DNA of 64,000 nt, taken from contig CM102283.1 in NCBI GenBank assembly GCA_046563655.1, positions 2,852,001-2,916,000 on the forward strand, read 5' to 3'. Position 1 is the first letter of the stretch, and each line of letters opens with the position of its first letter. The position numbers and the translations under genes are program-made. Below the pieces are notes generated by a model. It saw only the letters and a list, made by a program, of their open reading frames with translations, was not told where the DNA came from and searched no databases. Source of the stretch: Yuukianura sp. NJ FZ-2021. Its lineage: Eukaryota. This document shows, piece after piece, positions 35,743 through 47,700 of the stretch.

Positions 35743-38700
35743 TTACTTTAGACTATGCCACTCTGATGCAATGGTTCTAGGAGCTCGAATCATTTTTTCC
35801 CAATGAGCTTTCGTTACCTGATTTCTAACACTGTAGCCAAAGGCTACTTTGCCTACCACGTGATCCTTTGACCTCGACGCAGTATCAGTACTAGATGCTG
35901 ATGCTGATGCTGGCGACTGCCGAGTCGGGGAAGGTGACGGTGGTTCGGCCGATCCACGACGACTGTTTCCGGCCGAACTGCTTTCGAATACTCCCGAACT
36001 GCTGCGACTACACCGATTCATGTTGTCTCCATAGTGAAAGAGGGCGTCGTCAATGGAATGTCTTTGATGATGAATGTGATGAGACTCGAACATTTCCGGA
36101 GGTCGGAGATGATGTTCCGGAGTGGAATGTCGCTTGGCCGAAGTGTGGAGCATTGACGGGGGAGACGGGGACTGGTCACCCCCGCCGAGAATCGTGCCTC
36201 CGCCGCTCTGAATTTTGTCCGTGAGGCATACCATTACGAGGAGAACCGTTTGAATTAATTCGGACGGTGGCATGTCAAAGACAAGAGTTTCATTGAAGAT
36301 GGGCTGATCTGCGCATGTGCCGAGACGCTGATACGACGTTTTCTTCCGTTTTATTACTTTTCCGGTGTCTGCTCTCAAGAGGAAGACGCGAACGTAACAA
36401 ATGCCTAAAAGTTTAGGAAAAATCAAGTTTTTAGAGTTTTTGAAATTAAGGATTTCTAAATTTCAAATTTGAATTCAAAACAGGCTGAAAACAAAATGTC
36501 AAATACAGAGGAGATGATGTTTAGGCGATGCTACTTCGAAGTCAGACGTAGTTGGCTTCATTTTCGGGATTTTAGATAGTAAAAGCGAACATACGGAGAA
36601 AGTTTCATAATTTTTTTTTTGCTTTTGGTATGACGCAAACCATGTTTTCATTAACTTTGACCTTTGACCTTGCCACAGTAACTTTAGTAATACAATGAGA
36701 GTACAAATTTTCTTCAAAAATGCGAAAAGGGTCTAAAATTTTAGACACATTTTTAATTTTTTGCACCTTTTTGAATTTAAAACTAAACTGCGTTGTTATC
36801 GTTGTTTACTGTTACATTTTCTGCGTTGAGTGATGTTGAGGTCACGAGGTCACTTGAAAGTCATAAAAAATATGTGTCAAATGACATAGTTCGTTTGTAC
36901 TTAACTTTTTAGTTGACCTCTTGACCTGTGACAGACTACGCCTTCTTAAGATAGTTTCTGACCACAACCTCTTCATTCATTTACGAAATATGAATGTCCA
37001 TGCAGTGAATACTTCGCATTTATTTTCAGTTTTCGCAACATTGCAATTTTGTAGTCTTAATTACTGTTTCTCAACAGGAGTAATTTTATTGCAAACTGCG
37101 ACGTTTGCAAATTTTTGTTTTTCGACCCAGATTTTCTTCCGTTCTAAGAAATTCTGGAAGGACGAAGATTATAGGCTAAAATTCAAAAAAAAAACTAATC
37201 CTTTTTTTTTATGTTTTTGAAGCGTGTGACATTCCATGAAATTTTAAGATTTCCAAGAAATGGCCTTCTTTGTAACTTTTTCATTTTACGAGTAATTTTT
37301 TACAGAGTTCAGGTCAATACGTGACCTTCAGGCTCAGGCACGCCCTGCCAAGATTTCAGATTTTGAATTTATGATTTTTTGAAACCTTGGTTCATTTTTT
37401 TTCCGAAGGTGAAAAGAATTGGGTTAATCTGCTCTTTTTAGGATAATTTTTTCATTGGATGCGTTCCAGTACTCATGAGGTCCTCAGCATTTGAATTATT
37501 ATTTTATACATTTATTTAATTCCTTTTATTATATTCTTGCCACCGACGCTGCTAATTACTTTACTGTTCCATTATGCTGAAAACTGCACTTTGCAAAATG
37601 AAAATCCAGGTTAATTCTGCTTGGAGCCAAAAGTATCCAGGATCAAAAGGTTTAGACTTTCTTTGAAGTTGAACTCTGACCTCTGCTAGTCCCTGCTTAA
37701 GTTAAGGGGAACTGGATCAAGTGAATTTGTGGAAGGCGTTACACAAAACTAAAAAGTTACGTGTTGGAAGTCTGCTGCTGTTACAGCGTTTGGGATAAGT
37801 TGAAAAAACAGATGCGGGAAATTACAAAATTCTTTAATCAATCAAGTTGCTCCACATTCTCTCAGGAATAAATGCATTTTATTCTCTGGAACTGGAAATC
37901 ACATTACACCAACGTATTTTGTCTCATTCATTTCAGTTTTAGCATGAAAAAAGAAAAACTTACTTTCTTTTACGAGTGCGTAGAGCAGGTCAAAGGTCAA
38001 ACATAAAAAGAGTTCAGAGCAAACAAAAACTTAAGGTGTGATGTTTGCTTTTAGATTTACAATCGGTTCCAGAATACCAAAATTAAATTTTTACAACCTA
38101 AAGCCCCGTTCACACCGAAGTAGTAAAGTTGTTAATAAATTTGCAGGTTTTGCTTTGCTTTAAGTAACAATATTGTGAACTCAATGGTCTGGTTTTTCAA
38201 AATTTTGAAATTTTTAGTAAAAATAATAATTTTTCAAAACTTACTTTGTTTTGTTATGGTTCCATAACTGAAGTAGGGATTCATATTTGTCACTTTCATG
38301 ACGTTGACTGACATTCTCTCTGCCGTTGGCAGGTAGCACAGTCCCAGAAGTAGCTCACCGCGTTTCTGAAATTCAAAAACAAGTTCAAAATTTGAATCAA
38401 TGTTCAAAAATACAAATTTTTTGGTCAATTTTCATTAGAACTAAAGTTGACACAAGCGCTTCGCAAATTTGGTAAACAACAAAATCCGCTTTACGTTTTG
38501 GAAACTCGAACCAAATCAAATTGTGCGATTTTTAGGAATTAGGTTCATGTTAAGTTAAAATCTGGCTTTAAGTTTTACGTTTCAGTTATGTTTAGTCTAA
38601 ATTTAAACTAGGCTTAGAATAAAGTTGTGGAAGAAAGTTTATAATTAAGTAGGTAGCTGTATGTAACGACGCAGAAAGTTCAGAGCTTAGCTTTGGTCCC

Positions 38701-41700
38701 ATTTGGGAAAATTGAGTTCAATTTTAAGTTTATTACTTTCATTTCTCCTCATAAAAGGAAAAGAAAGTTTAAGCTCAGAGTGGGAAAGTTTAAGATTAAA
38801 ATAAATTGGACTTTTCTTAGAAAAAAAAAGTTTAAAGAACTCTTTTTTTTAAATCTGCCTCCCAAAAGACTTCGTTTGAACAAGACTACTAAAAAGCACC
38901 GTCTTTGAACACGACTTCACTTTTTCAAGACTTACAAAATCTCTTCCTCACAGAGAAAAAACTTTTTCCCTCGCTCAAATTTCAAATTGTCCTACCGTTA
39001 GCTTTTTCAATTTTCCCGCTTCATTTCCAACCGCCTGCTGCTACGACTCTTTCCGTGGTTTAGTTTTGATTTGACTTTTTTCATGATTCATAAATCTCTC
39101 CTGATGTCTATTTTTCAGTTTATGGTCAATAAAATTTGAAAAATGAGTTTTCGGATTGTCCGCCATTTCTATTTGCTCCAGTTTTTCGCGCTAAACTAGC
39201 CCTTAAGTATCGCTTGCTTTGTGTGAACAATCTTTAAGCAAGTGTTGCTTCATGACCTTGTAGCTTTTGCTCTTTTTGAAATTTTGTTTCCTGCTCGGAT
39301 CGATTTAGAACAAGGAAATGTCATTTTTTGCTGTTCAGGGCCACTTAAAGTCGCGCAGAAAGCGCGGGTAGAAAGAGTTGCACAATTCAAATACAAATTG
39401 GGGTAAAATGAGACGGTTGAAGAAAAGTGAAGAAACGGGTTTCAAGGATTTTTCCTTTCAAGTACATCTAGACAAAAGCTTAGAAGTTATAATGGCGGAA
39501 GCGATGTTTCGAAATTTCGAAGGAAAAGTGGAAATTTGTTTTTCAAATTGAAAACTTTTTAAATTGCTTACGATAACTGGTTCTTTGAGAGAGCAACTGA
39601 GGATGAGTTTGTGGTTGGTGAAATCACGGAAGTCGTCGAACGTGAGTGTCGTCGAACCCAATTCCGTTGGATTTCCGAACCGATCCGAATCGAATCCGGT
39701 AAAACGAATCTTGTAGTCCTGAAGAAAGTTAAAAGATTTTCAAAAAGAAAGTTGATTTCAAGAAAAATTCTGAAAAAGTTGTGAAAATAACAAACCCGTG
39801 GACGAAAAGAGATCAGATGCCAAATTAAAACTTTCTCGGAAAAGGCAGACGAAAATTGTCCTTGGGAAACTTTTACATTTTGAGAAAAAATATGTTTGGA
39901 ACTTTTTTGGGATATTGGATTACACCATTATGAAATGATTTCATAAAAATCAAACCAAAAATAAAACTTTTTGTGGTTTTCAAAATCACACAAAACTATT
40001 CAATTCCAGACGTGGAAAGTTTAAAACTAGGACACGGAAATTTTGAAACTACCGCTACATCTACTGCCGCTTAACCTTGAGCTTGTTTCCTCTTACCAAA
40101 GTTAATTAAATTGTGAGGTTCCTGTGTTTGCTTTTAGTTTTCATGTTTTGGTTATAGGTTCTGCTTAGCCTAACGTTAGATTAGTGTTAGCCTAACAAAA
40201 ATCTAACAAACTCAATTGCCGGAAATTACTTTTTTCCCTCAAAGTTTTGGTTTTTATCAAGACCGAAATCACAACAAAAGGTTTTTACCACTCAATTTAC
40301 CTTTTCTGTTTTTTCTTCGAATGGAAACCGAATTTCTTTTCTGAAAACATTTCTTCATTTTCGAAAATCTATTTTTATTTCTAATATAAAATTAGTTCAA
40401 TTCTGTTTCCAATTTTTGTGTAATTTAATTTTCTACATCCTCCATGCAAATGATTGCGTCACTGGGTCAAAGGTCACAGATTGAAAAAAAATTGCTTATC
40501 ACTTGCATTGTCTAACTTTCATAAATTATTCATCCGCTGCAATTGTTAAAAAATGATGTCACTAAATGAGTCTGCTAGCAACAAAACCTTAACTTAACCT
40601 AAATTTTTACAATGATAAGTTTTTGTTCAGTTTTGATTTTTTGGAATAAACTATCACTGCATCATTTTTTCTAAAATTAGACAAATATCTGGTACTAGTC
40701 ATTTTTTTTTTTATAACTTTTTCGAAATCCTTGCCGATACTTTGATTTTTTTTCCTTGGAAAAAAAATGTGACATTTTTGGAAAACTTAATTTGACCTTT
40801 GACTAAAATTTGTTGACTGTTGGTTTACCTTTAAGTTGGCCTTTGAGAGTTGAGCCAGAAACTTTTCTGAGAAGTCGCAAATGTCGTTGGCCTTTTTAAT
40901 TGTTTTGGTGACAAATCGATATCGCATCATCTCTGTTTTGTAGCCTCCGCTGCTTCCCAGACTTGTTTTGCGACTACTCAACTTCCGAGGCTCAATTTCC
41001 AGTGTAAAGAAAGGATCCGTAGGTTGATTCAAATATTCCCGCCATGGTAAGTTCCGCGCTTCCTGCAAAGTGTTGTAAACAGAGTCATTTAGAACCAAGC
41101 AACAGAAACAAGCTACGGAAACATCAAGCTACTTAACATGAAACCCAAGCGACATAGCCTCAAAATAACCGAAAATCCAGTAAACCTAATCTGGAAACAC
41201 CATCAAACACAAAATTTTCTTTGTGTTCAAAATTCGTTCAAAATTCAAAGTTTTCTGTTTCGACCAATCAGAAATCGGCTTTTCGCTCATGAAGCTAATA
41301 CAGGACGTTGGGAAATGCAAACTTTTGAAACAAAAGTCGCTAAACTTCGAAATTTCTAAAATTTCAAACCAGAGTCAAAGTTATGCTGAGTGACAAGCAA
41401 AAGAGTCAACGTGTTTTTCAAAATGAAACCAATTTTTTTTAAAAGAAATATTTTTGTTACATTTTTATTTTGTCAATTCATTTGCTAAGCGAAGGCTAGA
41501 AATTAAAGTATAAATACTTAGTTAAGTAGTTGCTTAAAAATTAACGTTTTAATTTACTAATACGAGGGTATACAATTTTAAAAAGTTAAAAAACACAACT
41601 TTTTTTTTAAAGTTTTCATTATTTTGGAAATTTAGCCGAATGGCGGTGTTAAGAATTCTTGAAGCTCAGGAAAGTGTGAGTTCATCAATTTGGAAATGAG

Positions 41701-44700
41701 TAAATTCGGGTTAAAAATTTCCGGAACTTGAAGCAGTTTTCGACCAGCAGCGTAGACGAAGTCGTACGAAAGTACTAATGGCATTGTAGCTACCGAAACC
41801 AGTTTCATAATTTTGTATTGTCTTAGTTTTGCACGTAAAGTGCTCATGTCGTCGTCAATAGCTGCTCGAAACATTTTTTGAACTGATTCCGGTACTTTCT
41901 CTTCCGACTCCCGAATGGTTTCACAATTCCGGCAATTCTGGTTGGTCCAATCTTGATCTTCTTCTGGTTCCGATGATTCGTCTTCTGTATCTGTACCGGT
42001 TTGGCTTGAGTTCGGCTCAGCGTCTTCAGAATTTGTACCGGTTTGTTCAGTAGATCCCGCAAATCTGCAGGGTTTGCATCTAACGAGGTCACGTTCAACT
42101 AAAAACCGTCGTCCATCGGCGTAACCTTGTTGGAAAATTTCGGCTAGATCGTCCGGTCCGGGCGGAATGAAAGAATGTGTGAGGCGCGAAATATTTTTGG
42201 CGGAAATTTCAAACGAAGTGTTTTTGACTTGTAGCATCCAAGATGACAATGGACCATCGCGTGGACAAATGTCAGACTGACCACAAAACGGACTCACGGT
42301 GACCGTGTTTTCGTCATGGATGATCAAATTGTTTGAAAAACCGCCATCGACGTGTCGTTCTCCGCGAAACAGGGGCGGAATGAGACCGACGAAAAACGGA
42401 ATTGTGATTGAGCATATCAGAGCATCGATGAGGTCTTCGCGGGATTCAAAATTTGAAACGATCATGTTTTTCATGTCACGCACTCTGGTGAGTGAAATAT
42501 GGACTTTTCCGGATGCCAATATATGTCCATTGTGTGGAACGTTTTTCTCAAGATGGTAACGCACGATTCCTGCGACGTCGCTGGACGGACTCAGAGCACC
42601 AATGACCTTGTCTCGTGTAGTAACACAAGTATGGATCCACATTGACGCTGCATCGCTGATTTCGGTGTCCATGATTGTCAGTGAAGTTGCAATTGCACCG
42701 GCGCTGGCACCAGAAACTTTAGTGAGTAAATGTGGAACGTATTTTTTCAGACATGCCATCACTCCAAAATGGTACATGCCCAGAAATCCACATCCGGCAA
42801 AAGAAAAGTTCAATTTTGAATTGTCTTGTTTCGAAATTACAGTCATTTTTAAGTTTTTTTGAAAAATAAATGAGGCTGTAACTTCCTCTGGTTCCAAAAA
42901 CTTGGTACAAAAAGTTTGTCTTTTTCACACAACTTCTAACTTTTCACTTTTGTTTAACAACTTTTGTTCAGATTTTGAAGCTTTCCGACTTTGAGTTTAA
43001 GAACACACTAACGCTGTTTGATGTAACTGAACTTTTTGCAAAAATTTGAAAAAACGCTGACACTTTTCAAAAACTTTTTCACTTTTGGCGATAAACTTGT
43101 TCCGTGGTTGACTAAAACTCCAGAATCATTTTGCGTTGCGATTTTATGTGAAAATGTTTTTTCATGAATCATCCAGCTTAGAGTGTTTCGTTCTCGTTTT
43201 TTCTCGCAATTTCTTTTTTGCAACTTTTTTTTTTGCACAAATTGCTTGCCAAATTCGCACTACTTTTTACACATCTAAGCTGATTTGGTCTATAACCAAC
43301 GTGTCATTCAGGAAACTTGCTCTTATCACTTTTCAATTCAAGTTGAACTTTTGTGTCATCAGCTATTTAGTATTGACCGTGTCCAAAAACACTCAACACA
43401 GTTTTTATATTAGGTTAGGTTGTTTATACATTCAGTGAAAGGTGACCTCGTGACCTCCCTTTCTTGCAAAAATGACTTATGATAACTTTTTTTTCCCAAA
43501 AAACTCGTGACTTTTTAATAGTTTTTTTGTTTTCAGTGCAGTTTAGAGCACGTGGTCCAATCGAAGATTTTAAAACAAAACTGAAATTGAGCTGAAAAGT
43601 GAAAAAATGAGGTTTTAAATACAAAACACCGTGGAAGTTCCAATAAAAACTTGACCTTCCCACGTTGTCATTGTCATGCCAGATTATCTAACTATTGATA
43701 CAGAAATAGCAAAAATCCCACCAGTTGCACGACAAGTGTTATTCAACGTATTGTCATCCTCAGTTAACAGTTTTGGAAATTTCGAAAAATAGAATTTCAA
43801 TTCAAAAGTTTTATCGAACCAGACTAGTTTTCCAAAACTCAGACCCCTTCAAAATCCCAATTACTAATGTCAATCATAGCAATTACACAACACGTGTGTT
43901 AATGAATTGCTGTCGTCAGTACTTAGCTCTGGAAATTTCGAAAAAAAAAATCAAAATTTTATCTTCTAACCACTTCCAAAAAGTTTCCAAAATTGATCTT
44001 AGTTTTAGTATAAATTTTAATAGGTAGAAGTACATAACGTGATGAGATGATTGCATTTGTACCGAGAGTGAGAAAGATGTGAGATTTTTGGGCAGTTTTT
44101 GAAAAATTACGGTACTTTTTGCACCTATCGGACCATCCTTCTTGGAGGACCAATCACAACAAAGCTCGTGACATGTGAGAACAATGGGTGTCTATTTTAA
44201 AATGCTTATGGCTTAAGTACTATGAAATTTTGGATGGGATTTTGAGGCGTAAATTCCCAAGTATTTGTTATCATAAGCAAAAAAAAATTCTGTAAAAATT
44301 GCCACTTAAATTCTTGATTTTTATAAAACTTTTTTTTTCTACAAAGCCACACCCCTGTTTAGCAAGTTACGCTTGTGAAAAAGTGGGTCAAACGCAGTTA
44401 GTGATAAGTTTTGTAGTTTTTTGTTTGAGTTTTGCACTTATCATATTAGTTTTCAAGATCACCTTCAGAAAGTTGGCACGTTTTGGAGTTTCAAGATAAA
44501 GTGAGAAAAACAAAAAATAGTTACGCATTTCAAAGAAAAAATTTAACTTTTAAAACGTAAAATTAAAAGAATAAAATACCAAAAACTTGAAGAAAAAACA
44601 AAACTTTCCACAAAGAAAATTCTAGCAAACGGAATTTTTTTTTTAGTTTTTTATTTTTATTTCAAAAGATGAACCATTAAAGCTAGGACAAACAAATTAA

Positions 44701-47700
44701 ATTTGGTAATACTAGTAACAGCGGTAGATAAGTACAAAAAGCATGTTGTTTTTCGAAAATCGTTTTTTTCGAAAAGTGTTTTTTTTTGAAAATGTGTTTC
44801 TGAAATTTAGGCCAGTGGAATTAGGGCCTCCTGGAACGGAACCAAACTGATTAGCTTTGAAATGGCCACATTTGGATCCAGAAGTTGTGGAACTTTCGCC
44901 AACTTTTGTCCAGTTGCATAAAGTATGTCGTAGTAGAGAGCCAAGGGCATTGTAGCCACGGAAACCAATTTCATGATTTTGTATTGACGCAATTTGGCAC
45001 GCAACCTTTGAGTGTCGTCGTCAATGGCGTCACGAAACGTTTTTTGAACGGATTCCGGTATCACGACATTCGGAAAGTACCGTACCGTTTCACAGTCGCG
45101 ACAATTCCGAACCCAATCCTGGTCTGCTTCTGCGTCCGACATTTCTTCTTTGACATTTTCTCCACCAATCAGCTCTCTCCGGGCAATTTCGTCTCGACCA
45201 ATCACAGCATCGCTGGGGATTTTGAATCCACCAATCACAGGGTCGCTGGAGGTTTTGAATCCACCAATCAGGGCCGTCGGTGCCGGAAGACATACGTCAC
45301 AACCTACAAAACCCTGTTCGACCAACCACCTTAACGCATCTTGGTATCCGTTCCGGAAAAAACCGGACAGTGTTTCGGCTCGTGCCGGAAACAAGGAATG
45401 AGCAATTCTCGAAATGTTTTTGGTAGAAAGTTCGATCGGTGTGTTTTTGAAGTCCATGATCCACGGTGACCGTGGACCGTCGCGTGGACAGATACCGTCA
45501 CCGCCGCAGTACGGACTCACGGTCACGGTGTGTTCGTCATGTATAATAATGTTGTTTGTAAATCCACCGTCGAAGTACCGTTCGCCGCGAAACCGCGGCG
45601 GAATGAGGCCGACAAAAAACGGAATCGTCACGGCACAGATCAGAGCGTCGATAAGTTCTGCACGGGACTTAAATTCTGAAATGACGACGTTTTGCATGTC
45701 ACGCACTCTGGTGAGTGAGATATGCACTTTTCCAGTGACAAGGAGATGGGCATCGGGTGGAACGCAGCGTTCAAGGTTGCAACGTACGATTCCTGCGACG
45801 TCACTGGATGGACTGAAAGCACCAATCACCTTGTCCCGTGTTATGACACAACCTTGTATCCACATTGACGCAACATCGGCAATATCTATGTCGGCAACTG
45901 AGCAGCACATTGCAAGAGCTCCTGCGCTTGCGCCGGAAACTTTTGAGAGCAATTCAGGAACGTGGCGTTTGAGACAAGCGATGACCCCGAAATGGTACAT
46001 TCCGAGAAACCCACAACCGGAAAACGAAAAATTTATTTTTGATTTGTCATATTTTGATACCGCCATTTTCAAAAAAAGTCGTCAAACTAACGATGTTTGA
46101 CCTTTAGAAAAAGTTTTGAAGTTGGACGCTTTAAGTTTTTGAAGTTTTGACGGACGGCGTTTGACGTTTCAATTTTTTTGTGTTTGAAGTTTTGAAGAGA
46201 AGTCTATGACGTTACTTCTACTTGGTTTTGCAAAAATCCAAAAACTTGTCTTTTAAACTTAGAAACTTTTCGGGAAAAAATGAAGGTTTATGTAACTTTC
46301 CAAAAACAAAAGTTCAAAACCTAAAATCTGATTTTGAAACTTTTTGTTGAAACTCTTCCCATAAAGTTTTTTGCTAAAGGTAAAATGATGAAGAGAGCTC
46401 AATAATTTTCACGAAAAAAGATAGTTTTGATGTAAGCGAACTCTTGAACTTTTTTTTCTCAAAAAGTGAAATCCGTTGCATGTTTGTTTTGGTTGAATAA
46501 TTCCAGGAAGCAACGAAACTAAAAAGCTGACTGAGCTTTTAAAATCGCTTGAGCAGTGTTTTTGTAATCGTACACGCTTCCTTGTGATCAATGAATCACC
46601 CTAACTCCTACTCCCTGCCCCCTTGTATATTTTCAGCGCTAAATCGCTGGAAGTCTCAATTTCAAAGATCAAAATTTGTCCACGATCAATACATCATTGT
46701 AAGTTACAATTCGTGTCATCCAGAGACGCAATTGATCATGAATAAAATACTTCAAAATTTACATAGTAAGAGTTATGGTTAGGTATGGTATGGTAAGTTA
46801 CCTAACCTATAAAACAATTGAAGTTTATCTTTTTCAGTGTGTCAATCCATATAAAATTTTTAGAATGGTCACACGACATACTTGGAGTCCAAACTTTACC
46901 ATTAGTGTTACTTAGCAACAAAATTCAGAATAAAAATTTCAAAAGTCAAGACAAAAAAAAGAATAAAGTGATACACTTAGGTCACACCAAAAAAATTTCA
47001 CTCCAGAAATTTTTGGTGTTTAAACTTAAGTTTTGAAATTCAAAAATGAAGCAGTCCAATTTACAACAAAGTTCAAGTCTTTTGTAAACCATAAATGATC
47101 ATGATTCATAAGTTGATCTTTAGTATGAACTTCGGCACTAACTAACCTAGATTAGGTTACCCTAGCTTCAGCTATTTAGTTAATTATAATTATATATAAT
47201 TATAATATAAAATTAATAGCTAAATTATCGTATGTTGGGCTGTGAGCTAAAGTTAAAAGTACAGTAAAAATCCAAAATGTAGGCAATCAGCAAATATTTT
47301 GAGTTTTTAGTCAAAAACACCCAAATATTTATTCAATGCGACCTAAATTTTGCTAAATCTAAATTTTCTTTATGAAAGCTTTTTGTACTTGGAAAGAATT
47401 TGACGTAATTAGGCTACTGCGCTTAAAAACTGATTAGTTTATTCTATAACTAATTAATTGGGTTAAGTTAATTAGTTTTAGCGTTGGAAGTTAATTAGTT
47501 GTAGTGGAGCACTATAGAAGACCGACGACTCGAGGGAAATTCAATTGGACTTTGACACGTTCTGTCTCCGAAATTGACGACGTGCTCATTCGTTGTCAAG
47601 GGAACCTCTACGACATGGTATCTCGTTCCGCTCGTCACGTCCACAAAAGCGTCCCCTGGCGACACATTCATGTACTGCTCATTCCCTGGATACTCCTCTA

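Noticed and set aside
38099-38120. Harbinger-like terminus TAAAGCCCCGTTCACAC
   Set aside because: No convincing partner TIR or TSD nearby
45414-46100. 228-aa + strand ORF and other antisense ORFs over the PNPLA, GLDC and AACS exons
   Set aside because: Antisense shadows of real coding exons, with no motifs of their own
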